64,000 nucleotides of DNA from the human T2T-CHM13v2.0 reference genome, Homo sapiens, in NCBI RefSeq assembly GCF_009914755.1, contig NC_060933.1; one strand, 5' to 3'. The translations under genes and the position numbers were made by a program. The notes under the pieces are model-generated. The model did no database searches, was not told the origin of the DNA, and was given only the letters and a program-made list of their open reading frames with translations. Of this stretch, positions 27,831 to 42,957 are shown in pieces (position 1 is the stretch's first letter; every line of letters begins with the position of its first letter).

Positions 27831-29479
27831 CAAAGTAAGCCTGGGATCCCTTTGATGGGCCTGTGGCTTGTCAGCCTCCTGCTGCAGAATCCATCCGATG
27901 CCACAGCCCCTTCAGACATGAAGCCACTGTGGGCTAGAGCTGCCATCAGAATGGCAGAGCCCAGGTATCCCAGAGAAAGGCAGAGGAAGCTTCCTTTTGC
28001 TGGGGATCTGAAGAATGCCTCCTCTGTTTGTCACTCTGACCTTGCTGGAACCACAGCCTGTTCAAACACTACCATTATCACAGTGGGTGGGCAGGGATCC
28101 CACCTCACCCAGATGTCATCCCCATGCCTGGCCACATCCTTTGAGAATAACAGACACGCAAAATAAGAGTTCCTGAATTGAATTACAATTGGTGTCTTCT
28201 TTAAGTAGGTACAAGTGACTGTAGTGTACCGTCTGTTTTTTATTCCAACAGCTAAGGGTAAATGTGGTCTGAGAAAATGAAGTCCAAGGAGAAGTTATTG
28301 CCCTTGAATAATTAATTACTTCATCTTCTCTTGCAAAAATTGGTTTATTATCTCAAATGGAGCACCTTCATTTCTCATTACCCAATGCATAAGTGACATT
28401 TAAATAAATGTCTTCTGGCATACTGTATTGCTTCTTTGTTCTTTAGAAGCTTCTCCTGCATGCAAGATTGAGAAACTTGTTGAGACCATGCTTTTGAAAG
28501 AGCACAACTTCATAGTAATAGTCATTCATCATTCCTTTCTTCTGTTATTACTTTTTAATGGCAGCCTGAACTTAGTTATTTCGGCAAAAATGATTGGCAA
28601 ACTAAAGATTTCTTTCCCTATTGTTTGCCATGTCAAGTCAAGTCTGAATTTTTCACAGCTAGATGAGAGTAAAACTGCAATAAATGAGGGCAGAGCATCA
28701 ATTCTGTGTGGGCTTCTCTTGATGTATTCTTGATGCTCAGGATTTTGAAATACAGCTACTTTTGTAAGTCGTGGACTATGTGGCATTAAATCTTACATGG
28801 TATTAATTACCATCAATATTTTTAAAATAATATAGAATGTTAGAATAAGCAGTATGTCTCCCTTGAAGTAAAGACTATGGAGTTTTAAAAGTACAGAATT
28901 GTTGAAGCTCAGTAATTTCAGGGAAAAACATACAGAATTAACCTCAAAAAGAGAAAAAAATGCCATGTTTACAAACTGGTCTATTTTGGGAAAAATAAAA
29001 AAAGAAAAGAAATCTATATCTGATTGACAGTCCCTTATGAGTAAAATAGGTGGCAATTGCCAAGGTGTGCAAATGTAAAATACAGAAAACTTAAGGGATA
29101 TCTTTCATAGTTTTTCTAAAAGTTCTTTGTCTTTGCTGCCCCTCAAGGCAATCTCTGTGGGCTGCCTTTCTGAACATTGCTTCCTGCCAAATACTCTTCC
29201 CAAATGACTTGCATAAGCTTGACAGAATGAGAATTGTATATAAAACTGTCTGAGCTCAGAAAGCTATAATTTAAGGCAAGTGGATGAGAGTCTTTCAAAG
29301 GCAGGGGCCACAGTGCACACATCTGGCTCTAGGGCTGCTGCTGACTCCTGAGACCAGACCTTGCTGACTTCTCCACGTGACGCATAGAGGACTTCAAAGC
29401 AGGGCTTAGGTTCCACAAACTGTCAGAAAGCAATAAAGGGAGAAAAAAATCACAACAAATCCTGAGACTACCGTGCTCA

Positions 29480-30587
<1,108 letters not shown>

Positions 30588-30960
30588 TGTAAACCAAAAA
30601 GTACCTGAGACAGGTCTCAATCCATTAAGAAAGTTTATTTTGCCAAGGTTAAGGATGCATGCCCAGAAGATAGATCTGTGTCTTTCTCCAAAGATGTTTT
30701 TGAGGACTTCAGTATTTTAAAGGGGAAAGGGTGGATACTGGGGGGAAAGGAAGAAATTTTTTAAAGCTGGGGGTACATAAGAGACAAATGGTTGAATTCT
30801 TTTGAGTCTTTGATCAGCCTTTCGCGGAATACATAATTTACGTGTGAGAGGTGGGTAGAGTAATAGTCACCTATGCCTTTGTCTGGCCCAGTAAATCTGC
30901 ATTTCTACATCAGAGGAAGCAATCAGATACACATTTGTCTCAGGTGAGCAGAAGAATGAA
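30588..30960 (-). mobile_element. MER4A-like LTR, partial
   Basis: tgtaaaccaaaaagtacctgagacaggtctcaatc..aagtttattttgccaaggttaagga; gaggaagcaatcagatacacatttgtctcaggtgagcag. Confidence 0.75.
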
Positions 30961-31377
30961 AAGTTCAAGGCAGGGCAAGCATGAAGTGTAGAAACATGAT
31001 TCTCCTGTCGCAGATTAACATGCACCTTGTTAGACTCAAAAGCAGGACCAGAAACCAGTTTACGTGGAAGTTTCCACAAAACTTACGCCTTTATTTATCT
31101 ACCTGTTTTATATATAAAGTCAAAGTTGGTACTATGTATATGAAAGGCATCGCTCTCCGACCCAGAAATAAGCCGAGCTAATATTTGGTGGACTTCTTTG
31201 TATTTAACTCCTATTATATATACAGTTCTGGGTCTTCCAATTGTGCAATTACTAAAGCAATATTCACATGATTAAAAGCCTTCTCATAAGTACCGTTTTT
31301 ATGGCTCCACAGCACACAACTGCTCCTTCTGGATGACGCATCACTGAGACATCTGCCTGTGAGTGCACATTTGAGAG

Positions 31378-31712
31378 TGTGATGGGTAATTTTAGGTATC
31401 AGCTTGACTGGGCTAAGGATTCCCACATCACAGGTAAACCATTATTTCTGGGTATGACTGTGAAGGCGTCTCTGGAAAGGATCAGCATTTCAATCAGTGG
31501 ACTCAGTAAACCTAACCGCCTTTCCCAGTACTGGTGGGCATCCTCCAATCAATTGGGTTCCTGAAGAGAGCAAAAAGACAGATTCTGTCCTTCTGGTTAA
31601 GCCAGGACATCCACCTTCTGCTGTTGGACATCAGCTCTCCCAGTTCTGGAGCCTTCATTCTCAGGCTGGGACTTATACTATCAGCTTCCCTGCTTCTCAG
31701 GCCACTGGCCTT
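31378..31712 (+). mobile_element. MLT2 LTR, 3'-truncated
   Basis: tgtgatgggtaattttaggtatcagcttgactgggctaagg...aatcagtggactcagtaaa. Confidence 0.75.
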
Positions 31713-33415
31713 GAAAAGATGACCATGGTGGAGGATGTGATGGGAGCCTTTGCAAAGCAGCAGTAGGGACACAAACTCAATGGCAGGAGGTTAGGCAGAA
31801 AAGAGGAGATGAGAAATCATGGCAACAAGTAGAGACACCACTTTGGGGAGGATTTTCTACGAGTGAAGCAAAGGTGTGGGGTGAGAGTTATGGGGAACAA
31901 AGTTATTGTTCTATGCACATAGCCGAGGGAGGATTGCCGTCACTGCATATCTTCTCCTCCAGCCCTCCCAAGAAATCCCCCTGGATGCTTCCTTAACTTC
32001 CTTTTTTTTTTTCTTATTTACCTGTGGCCTTTAGGACAGTTAGGTTTCCTCCAGCTGTGACAAACCAGGAAGTGGTGGACGGCAGCAGTTTCTGCTGAGC
32101 AGAACGGGTTCGGGGGAAGCCTGCAGTTCCTCTCTGTTGAGGAGCGGGCTCCTCCAACCAGGTTCACGCTGTAGCTATGACAGGGCCACAGGAATGAAAG
32201 GAAGGCCACTAGAGGAACATTAGACAGGGACAGGAAGGCTTCTGCAGGGACACTCACAGCAGGTGGGCCACCCTCTTGTGCTGTGGGGCCACCCCAAGTG
32301 AGGATGGAGAATGATTTTATTTGCAGGCCTTGAGAGAGGCCCATGCCCTCCGCCACCTCCAACTCTCCAGCTCTCTCCTGACATCAGAGAAAAGAAAGCC
32401 CTTCCCTCCTTCCTGTAGACAGTGAGAGGATTTGGGGCTCTGGGCTCCCTTCTGTCTGCACCAGCACGCCCGCCCTGCTGTTGCATTGCTTCATAAAAAG
32501 TGGGCATGTGGAAAATGGAGCAGGAACTGGTGCTTAGACAGCAATATTTTCCAGAATTCCCTAGAGCAGTCTTCTCACAACTCATTAATCTTTTGAATTT
32601 GCATTCATATTTGCTAAACAGCAATGAATCTGCAAAAGATACCCAGAAAGGAGTCCTCTTTCAGAGCTGCTTTCCTCCCTGCTCTTGGCCATGGTCACCT
32701 GCTCCACACTGAGTACCCTCCTCCGCAGCCACAGAGCATCAAGGCCCCAGGGGCTTTTTGAATTTTCCCAGAGCCACACGCTGCAGCCCGAGGGTGACAG
32801 CCACAACCTCAAACCCACCAATGGGATTTACCCATATTCCACGACCCTGCACAGAGCCCCCACACAGTCATGAAGTCATCTGGCTGCTTCCACCCTAGTT
32901 CTCTCTCCTCCCCACCCCATGCGCTCCACTTGCCAACTTCCTTGCCTTCCTCTCACCTCTCTAATCCAGAGTGTCTCTATGCTGCTGCTTGTAGCACGAA
33001 GAGTTCCCTTACATCATATCCTGAGATCTTTCTTTCTTAGGCTTAAAATAAACTCTACTCTCAGGCCTGCAAACTCAGCTGTCAAGATGTAAAGGTAGCT
33101 TTTACAGTTAGAAATCCCTTTATGTTTTTCCAGGTAACCACCCATTCCTTAGAGGGACGATCCTTCTGATTGCATAGATTGGAACCAAATGCCTACAGTG
33201 TTTTAAAAATTATTTATTTGAAAAATACCTCAAAGATGTTTGCTTCCTCCATGGAACCAACAATAGGGTTCACCCTATACTACACGTTACAGGCCCTACA
33301 GTTTAATATGTGTTAACCAATAGGTAGCTTTAGTTTTAATAAGAATAATTTTTTCACATTGATCAACATTAACTGGAACACTGGAAAAAAAAACTGACCG
33401 CCAAGTGAGACCTTA

Positions 33416-33526
33416 ACCACCAGGGGCAGCCTTGTCACACCAGGTGAGACCACCAGGTGACAGCCCTGTCACCCCAGGCGAGCGATTGACCACCAGGGAG
33501 AAGCCCTGTCGCCCCAGGTGAGAGCC
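33416..33526. repeat. Degenerate tandem repeat, three copies of a ~33-40 bp unit
   Basis: accaccagg-N3-4-agcc(c/t)tgtc(a/g)c(a/c)ccagg(t/c)gag repeated three times. Confidence 0.7.
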
Positions 33527-33937
33527 CATTACACTAAGTGAGAGTCCCTAATCTGCAAAGGATTTTGTGTCAGTGATGAAGCAATTAAACACCCTTGCCT
33601 GAGCAATGGTAACAGACTCCATGGAGGTTGATCATCTCCTTTGAAATAAAGCTGTCCTACCATCTGCACCATGCTTATAGAATTCACTTCCAAATTATTT
33701 CACCACAGGGTGTCTCCTTTTTATTTTTACTGCCATTTATTTTACTGCCATTTTTTTAATGGTTGCAATCTCCAAGCATCCACTTAGGAAACACTGGCCC
33801 TCTCAGAAAGACATAGCTGACAGCTTGAAGTGTAGTTTGTCTGAAGCCCTAAAAGTGAGCCATCCAAATATGCATGTGTGTGTTTCTGTAAAACTGGTGA
33901 CTAGCTAAAATTGAAAAGTATTGGAGCCCCAAAACCT

Positions 33938-34437
33938 GTGTATATGTGTATGATGGATGTCTGTATATACATGTGTGTGTATCATTATGTGTGTATATGT
34001 GTGTGCATGTGTATCATTATGTATGTATGTGTGTATATCTCATTATGCATATGTATGTGTATAACCATGTACGCATATGTATATCATTATGTACATATGC
34101 GTATGTACTAGAGGTATGCATGTCATTATGTACATATGATACATGAACATATAATGTGCATGTGTGCATCATTAAGTAACTATATGTGTATGTGTACATG
34201 TATATCATTATGTATATATGTGTGTATATCATTATGTATATGTGTGTATGTATATCATGTATATATGTATACACATCATTATGTGTGTGTATCATTATGT
34301 ATGTGTACATATATATCATTATGTATATACGTGTGTATATCATTATGTATATGTGTGTATGTATATCATGTATATATGTATACATATCATTATGTGTGTG
34401 TATCATTATGTATGTGTATGTGTGTACACACATATAT
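33938..34437. repeat. TA/TG-rich minisatellite (tatcattatgtatatgtgtg-type unit) with a 111-bp tandem duplication
   Basis: tcattatg landmarks roughly every 20 bp; 34188-34298 repeated at 34299-34409. Confidence 0.95.
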
Positions 34438-34944
34438 AAATGAATCCAGGAATTGCCTTTCTGATATAGATGCACTGAGAGTTTTATGCATGTTAAAACA
34501 ATTGGAAAGTGAATCAGGACTTTTATCTGATTACCAATATAGGAAAAGATTATTGCTCATTTATGTTTTCTCATGAGGTTCCTGTTTACAGGATACGATT
34601 CACTGGAAAATAAAGCCAAAGGTTATAAAAGCAATTCACCGTGGAGTGTTGTTCTTTGTCTGTGCACAGAATGCGTAGCTCTTGCATACTAAGTTTTCAG
34701 GGTCAGAAGGAAACAGGAAGCCTTTAATGGAGAGCATTGATCACTCATCAGGGAAGTCCTGCCGCACTGGGAGAAGGTGAATCACTGCGCTGCCTTCAAC
34801 TGGCTGCATGACTGCATATTTAAGGTGAGCATTAACTATATTAACACACTGGGCGTCACTGTACAATTCTTTTTAGAACCCTTCCCAAAGTTAGCAGCCT
34901 TCCTTGGTAGACTTAGGGATCTTGGGTTTTATTGCTGTACCCAG

Positions 34945-35547
34945 ACAACTAAATGGGAGAATGTTACGTCAGATCTCAGGCTTGTTGAAATGTGCAGGGA
35001 CCCGGTGCTGGGGTAAGATGAGACTTTGGGAATCTTGGGCAGGCATGCGAGTTATTGGGGTCAGAATGTAGCAGGTGGTAGATTGTTGCCTTGATGGCCC
35101 CCAGTGAATCTCACCTCCATACCTCTTTGCAAGGAGACTTGGTGGCTGCTTTCTTTAAGAGGAGGAGGATATTGTCCACATCCTCTGAACTTGTGCTAGC
35201 CTTACCTGTTGCCTTCAGCAATAGTATCTGATGGGAGGGACTGGGTGCAGTGCCTGAGGCCAGGTGCCTCAATGGCCTTGCTCACTCCACCTTGGCATCT
35301 TGGAACACTTCCAGAAACACAGGAGAAAGCCTGGAATGGAGGACCATGTGGAAGCCAGGCCCGGCCGCCCAGCCAGGTCCCAGCTGAGACTGCAGCCAAC
35401 TGCAGCCAACTGCAGCCACGTGAGGGACCAGTCGAGAACACTGGAAGAAAGACCAGTGAGCCCTCAGACTCATGAGAAAGCATGTGTCTTTGTCTGAAGC
35501 ACTAAGCTGTGGGGTGTTTTGTCATGCAGCAATCAATGGCGGATACA
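34945..35547 (+). mobile_element. MLT1 (F/G-like) LTR (~35074-35547) with adjacent internal 3' fragment
   Basis: ggtagattg..gatggcccccagtgaatctcacctcc...tcccagctgagactgcagcc...aagcactaagctgtggggtgttttgtcatgcagcaat..ataca. Confidence 0.65.
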
Positions 35548-36317
35548 GATATTGACCCCATTTCATCCACACGGGCCAAGTGAAGCTTAGAGGCAGCTTC
35601 GGCAAACAGATCATAGCTTTCTACAAATGAAGAAACTGGAATTAAGAAATAATGACTTTTCTGTGCTCAAACAGCTGTTAAAGTACAACCAGACTGAAGA
35701 TCTGCCAGTTTGGGGACCTTATGGAAATCACCTTTATTTAAACCCCTCTTTTCTTATCTATAAAATAGAAATAATAACAATATACCTGCCTTTCACATCT
35801 GATGAAACGAGCAAATAAAATTTTGTAATGGAATTTGCTTTTTAATTGTAATGTGTTGTAACTGTAAGATTTTATTTGCATGTTACTGCTCATAGATTTT
35901 GCATTCTTTTCCTTCTGATTTCTTACAGGAATCAGAGGAACAGGTTTTGACTGTAAATCAACATGAAGTTGAGAAAAGCTAAGGAAGATGTTCTAAGGAG
36001 AAAATTGAATTATTAAAGAGTTTTATATAAATATAGTTTGGGGATACAAAGAGTAGATATAAAAAATGGGTTTTGGCTTACTTTTTTAAAAAAGCTTCTT
36101 AACCACTAGCCATGTCCAATAATGGAATTTCTCAGGTTAACTCCAGCTCCCCATCACTCAAGACAGGCTCCTCACATTTGCACACTCTGGGCAAGAGTAC
36201 AAATGCTGGCCCAAATGCCATATTTTGTATTTAAATATTTAAAAGATACAAATCAAGATTAAAAACAAATAAGATATGTGCTATCCTCCTGCCTTGAAAA
36301 ATAAACCTTCATAATAC

Positions 36318-37597
36318 TGAGAGGTGACAGTGTGCTGGCAGCCCTCACAGCCCTCGCTCACTCTCGGTGCCTCCTCTGCCTGGGTGCCTCCTCCACCTCG
36401 GCGCCCATTCTGGCCGCGCTTGAGAAGCCCTTCAGCCCGCTGCTGCACCCTGGGAGCCCTTCTCTGGGCCTGCCCAGGCCAGAGCCGGCTCCCTCCGCTT
36501 GCGGAGAGGTGTGGAGGGAGAGGCACTGGCAGGAACCAGGGCTGTGCATGGCGCTTGCAGGCCAGCTAGAGTTCCAGGTGCACGTGGGCTTGGCGGGCCC
36601 GCACTCGGAGTGGCCGGCCACCCCTGCCCGCCCGGGCAGTGAGGGGCTTAGCACCCGGGCCAGCAGCTGCAGAGGGTACACAGGGTCCCCCAACAGTGCT
36701 GGCCCACCGGCACTGCACTGGGTTTCTCGCTGGGCCTTAGCTGCCTCCCGGCGGGGCAGGGCTCCGGACTGCAGCCAGCCATGCTTGAGCACCACCCCTG
36801 CCGCCATGCCCCCTCCCACCCCCTCAACCCCCCAACCCCACTGTGGGCTCCTGTGAGGCCAGAGCCTGCCCCACCGTCCCCTGCTCCACAGCACCTGGTC
36901 CCATCGACCGCCCAAGGGCTGAGGAGTACGGGCGCAGGGCGCGGGACTGGCAGGCAGCCCCTGTGCCAGATCCACTGGGTGAAGCCAGCTGGGCTCCTGA
37001 GTCTAGTGGGGACTTGGAGAACCTTTGTGTCTAGCTAAGGGATTGTAAATACACCAATCAGCACTCTGTATCTAGCTCAAAGTTTGTAAATGCGCCAATC
37101 AGTGCTCCGTGTCTAGCTAATCTAGTGGGGACTTGGAGAACTTTTGTGCCTAGCTCAGGGATTGTAAACACACCAATCAGCACCCTGTTAAAACGGACCA
37201 ATCAGCTCTCTGTAAAATGGACCAATCAGCAGGATGTGGGTGGGGCCAGATAAGGGAATAAAAGCAGGCTTCCCCAGCCAGCAGTGGCAACCCGCTGGGG
37301 TCCCCTTCCAAAGTGTGGAAGCTTTGTTCTTTTGCTCTTTGCAATAAATTTTGCTCCTGCTCACTCTTTGGGTCCACGCTCCCTTTATGAGCTGTAACAT
37401 TCATCGCAAAGGTCTGCAGCTTCACTCCTGAAGCCAGCGAGACCACTAACCCACCAGAAGGAAGAAACTCTGAATACATCCGAACATCAGAAGGAACAAA
37501 CTCCTGACATGCGGCCTTTAAAGACTGTAACACTCACCGTGAGGGTCCGTGGCTTCATTCTTGAAGTCAGACCAAGAACCCACCAATTCCGGACATG
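36318..37597 (+). mobile_element. LTR12 (LTR12C/D, ERV9) solo LTR
   Basis: tgagaggtgacagtgtgctggcagccctc start; GC-rich U3; ctagctcagggattgtaaa.acaccaatcagcac repeats; ends gaacccaccaattccggaca. Confidence 0.95.
37040..37290 (+). promoter_or_regulatory. LTR12 promoter/enhancer: five CCAAT (NF-Y) boxes, GC box, AATAAA TATA-like box
   Basis: CCAAT at 37054, 37095, 37173, 37198 and 37222; gggtggggc at ~37238; GATA plus aataaa at ~37249-37262. Confidence 0.65.
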
Positions 37598-40220
37598 GTA
37601 CATTTCCAGATTCACATTTAGACTATTATACTCTTTTGGGTTCCATTCTGGAACTCTGTGGCTCAGAGAGGTTCCCCCTTCCCTGTCCCCACTCAGGTCC
37701 TTTTCTTCCCTCCCCCAGGTATGGGGGACCTCTCACAGCCACAGGGAGACCCCAGCCCACTTATCCAAACTCCACCCAAATGCCCATAAGTAGCTGCCCT
37801 TTGGCCACTGCCTGTCCGAGGGTGCACACAATGGCCAACGAGCTGGCTCCCCAGTTCCAGGAGGGCCCACACCCTTTCTGCCTGGACTCCTCACTCCATG
37901 GGGAAGGACAGAGTATGGTCCTCTAAAGGAGCAGAGACCAGACAGCCACTGATGGAACACCCTGCAGATAGGACTCATGCTCAAAATGTAGGGCTGGAGG
38001 ATTCCACTTCTTGATGCCTCTTCTAACTTTGATTTTTGTTTAATTCCATTATTTTCTAACATTGTCTAAAATGTGAACTAAAGTAGAAATGAGTATATAA
38101 AAGTAGAATGAATTAAATTTAAAATTGGAGTTCATAGTAATCTTACATTACAAAATTATATATCATAAACACACGATTCAAGAGCCTGATTTTCATAAAC
38201 ATTTCATATTTAAATTACCTACCACCCTATCTGAATTATGATATTATGATATTAATTCTAATGCTAATGACTTTTGCAAAATATCTAAAATACATAATAA
38301 TGCTGATGTTCTCAAAATGGAAAAATTTTTAAATCATCACAGATAGATACCCGTTTACCTGAGACATTTCTGGTTTACACCTGCTGTCCTGGAATATGAT
38401 GGAGATGAGTTGTTAATACTCATCTCTTTCAGTCTCAAAAATGTCCTGGTTTCGATGACAAATTCAATGATCACTCTTCTCATGGATGTGAGCAGATATG
38501 TCCCTAGATCTTTCCTCACTGCTATGAAGGCACCTGTAAAACAAAAATATCACACACAGTTAAAGAATTGTCTTTTAATGGAATCAATTCAGAGATCGTC
38601 TAGTTGGAGCTGCTATTTTCCATCTAGACAGCAGCTCTATCTTCCTGCTTTTCAGATCCTGTGTGTGTGTGTGGGGAGGGGGTAGCAACTTTGAGATGTC
38701 GCTGAGATTTTGTGGGTTTTTTTTGCTTTTTTTTTTTTTTAGCCAATTACTATGTGATATAATATCTTTCCCCTTTCCTTCTTTCTCCACCCTTTCATTC
38801 TTAACTATTTCACTGATTTTGGGTCGGTTTTCAGCTTCTATTTTGCTTCCATATATGCTAATTTTCATGGTGACTCCAACGAATCATGGTTTCTTAGTAG
38901 TTTCTCCTTTTACCTCTGGACTGTGAGTGTTCCAGAATGTCTTTACCGTTAAATCATATTTATCCTTCTGTTATCCTAACTTCTTTAACACATTTCCACA
39001 TTTTCTCTATGTGCTTTGCCCATTCCATACATTTCTGTGGTTTCTTCTTCTTCTTCTTCTTTTTTCTTTTTTTTTTTTTTTTTTGGTTGTTGTTTTGCAA
39101 TAGCAATGTTTAAACTAGTCCAGAAAAAATATGAACCTGCAGTGAAGATATTTGGCATCCTTTTCTCACAGAAATTCTGCTGGTAGTGGTTATTTGTCTG
39201 TTATCCTGAATGTGCAATTTTGTTCAGTGTCTTTTAAGCATCTAAAATCATCATATTATTTTTCTTCTTTGATCTGTTAAATGTGATTAAGTGTTACATG
39301 CATAAGTGAAAAGGATTTGTAATTTGCACATATTTATTTTTATTATATCTGTGTCATGGGGTAATATTTTAACTTTAGTTTAAAAACTGTGTATTCTTTC
39401 GTTTTACAAAAAATGTAAATGTTATCAGAATTAACCATTTCCTTAAAGTTTTAAATAATTTTTCTGTGAATAATTTTCTTGTGAAGATTGAACCTTTGGA
39501 TGTTGAAGACTGAGGTAGATTTTGACCTTCATCTATTGTTCTCCTTGGAAATTGGTAAGATTAGTTTTAATCTCTCATCAGAAAATGTATTTTTCAAATT
39601 TACTGAGAATTTTGCCAAAATCTGCCTGCTTGGGGATTTCTCCTTCTGGGAAGATGGGACAGACATGGGATCAATCAGTGTAATCTACTATATTAAAACA
39701 CTAACAAGAAAAATTACATAATTGTATCAATACGTACAGAGAAGGCATTGGATTTCATGGGAAAAACTTTCAGAAAAACAGGGATAGAGGAAAACTTCCT
39801 CAAGTTGATAAAGAACACCTACAAAATGCCTACAGATATCATTATACTTAGTGATTAAATATGTCATACTTTTCCCCTAAGATCAGAAACAAGGTAAGGA
39901 CGTCCACTTTCCCACTGTTTTTCAACAGTTGTTACTTCTGGAAGTTCTAGGCTGTGCACTAAGGACAGAAAAGGAAATAAAATACATAGAGATAAGAAAG
40001 GAAAAAATAAAACTTTCTTTACTTGTAGATGACATAATTTTCTATTTATAAAATCCAAGAACTTACCAAAAAATGACTAGAAATAGTAAGCAAATTCAAT
40101 AAGTCACAGGATACAAGAGATAAATGCACAACAATCAATTGTATTTCCCTATACTAACAATGAACAGTGCCATTTATAATTGCTAAAAAAAAAAAAAAAA
40201 AAAAAAACTAAAATAAATAC

Positions 40221-40538
40221 TGTGGTAGGACTTTTTCCTTAGGGTCCTTGTCACACAATCAGGAAAGATTAGGTTTGCAGACAGTTTGAAGGGTGAGAAA
40301 AATGGGATTTATTGGACAAAAAGGAAAAGAAAAGGAAACAGCGACTCTCAGGAAAGCGAGAGTCCTGCTAGCCAGTTTCCCACCTCACAGATTGAATCCC
40401 AGATACCACCCTGGAACAGGAGAGGCCAAGCTCCTCCCAGCTGCAAAGGGCGCCAAATTCCCACAGCTGCACCCCATTCTCCCAGTCTGTGGGCTGGTCC
40501 GAGGTTCTTCAGAGACCCCTTTATACTTGGCTGTCTCG
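40221..40538 (-). mobile_element. MER61A-like solo LTR
   Basis: Minus strand starts gagacagccaagtataaaggggtc; exact 4-bp TSD ATAC at 40217-40220 and 40539-40542. Confidence 0.8.
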
Positions 40539-40904
40539 ATACTAAAGTATAACTCTAGCAAAACTTGTATAGAACATAGAACTTTTATGCAAAAATCTGT
40601 GCAACACTGAAGAAAGAAAACCAACATCTAAATAAATAAAGAGGCATACTGTGTTCATGCATTGGAAGACTCAACATAGTAAAGATGTCATTTCTCCCCA
40701 AATTGATTCATAAGTTTAATGCAATTTCTATCAAAATGCCAACTGCATTCGTTATATAGACAAGATTATTTAAATTTTATGTGAAAAATACAAAGAAACA
40801 AAAATAACTAAAACAATTTTGAAAATACAGAGTAACATGAGAGAATTATCAATCACTTTATAGCCACACTAATCAAGGCTATATAGATTTTGGCAGAGAG
40901 ATCA

Positions 40905-41341
<437 letters not shown>

Positions 41342-41868
41342 TTAAAATGAATATGACTTAAATTATAAAATGTAAAAGTATGAAATTTTTCCAAAAAAAA
41401 GTAGGAGAAAATCTTTAAGATCTGTTGCTGGGCAAAGAGCTCCTCAAGTTAAGACCAAAAGTATGATCCATAAAAAAAAAATTGATAAACTGGAGTTCGT
41501 CAAAATTAAAATCTTGTACTCTGCCATAGACCTCATTAGAAAGGATGAAAGGCAAGCTACAATAAGAGGAAGTATTTAAAAGCCACATATTCAACAAAAG
41601 ATTAGTATTTTGAATGTATAAAAACTCTCAAAACTCAACAGTTAAAAAATGCAAACATTACAACCAGAAAATGGCCAAATGATAAACAGACATTTTGCTG
41701 AGGGGCATACACAGATTACAAATAAGCGTGCTAAAAAATTAGCATCATCAACCGTTAAGGAAATTAAAGCCACAATGAGGTGTTACTACATACCTATCAG
41801 AATGGCTAAAATAAGATGTAGTGGCAACACCAAATGCTGGCAAAGGTGTAGAGAAACTGGATCTTTCA

Positions 41869-42263
<395 letters not shown>

Positions 42264-42692
42264 CTAAGCATGCATTACCATGTGACCAAGAAACTTTACT
42301 CCTGGCCATCTGTCCCAGAGAAGTAAAACTTATTTCCACACAAAAACCTGCATATGAATGTTCATAGCAGTTTTATGTATAATAGCCCCAAACTGGAAAG
42401 AACCCAGATGTTGTTCAGTAGGTGAATGATTTAAAAACTGTGAAATAGCCATACCATGGAATATTACTCAGCCATAAAAAGAACTGTTGATACACATAAC
42501 AACCTCAATGAATCTCCAGAGAATTATGCTGAGTGAGAAAAATCAATCCCAAAATGTTACACACTGTATGATTCCATTTATATATCATCCTGGTAATGAA
42601 AAAATTATAGAAATGGAGCACATAGTAGTGGTTGCCAGGTGTCAAGGATTGGGACAGGAGGAAAGTGGGTGTGGCTATAAAAGGTTAACATG

Positions 42693-42851
42693 GGCCAGGT
42701 GCGGTGGCTCACACCTGTAATCCTTGCACTTTGGGAGGCCAAGGCGGGTGGATCTCCTGAGGTCAGAGGTTTGGGACCAGCCTGGCCAACGTGGTGAAAC
42801 CCTGTCTCTACTAAAAATACAAAAAAGTAGCCAAGTGTGGTGGTGGGCGCA
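42693..42851 (+). mobile_element. AluS, 3'-truncated (left arm plus start of right arm)
   Basis: Alu sequence stops after ggtggtgggcgc. Confidence 0.9.
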
Positions 42852-42957
42852 TTTAGCTTTACTCCCAAGGTGGTGTTTTTAACTTCATATCTCCCAGGAG
42901 TGTGGGTAATGCCTTTGTCTTTATGTATCTTATGCAAAAGGCAAATCAAGGCACCAT

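Larger units (their letters stand above)
36163..37860 (+). mobile_element. hAT-type DNA transposon remnant (MER115-like) split by LTR12
   Basis: gggcaagagtacaaatg..ggccca; ataaatcaag...ctatcctcctgccttga..ccttcataa; resumes after the LTR as ccagattcacatttaga. Confidence 0.45.

Noticed and set aside
28200-29070. AT-rich unique stretch resembling a conserved non-coding element
   Set aside because: Conservation cannot be judged without alignments; only short motifs and one small inverted repeat are visible
34017-34576. ORFs rich in Y/I/M/C/V/H
   Set aside because: Artefacts of the TA/TG minisatellite
36332-36975. 174-aa and 205-aa GC-rich ORFs and a CpG-island-like stretch
   Set aside because: Entirely within the LTR12 U3 region
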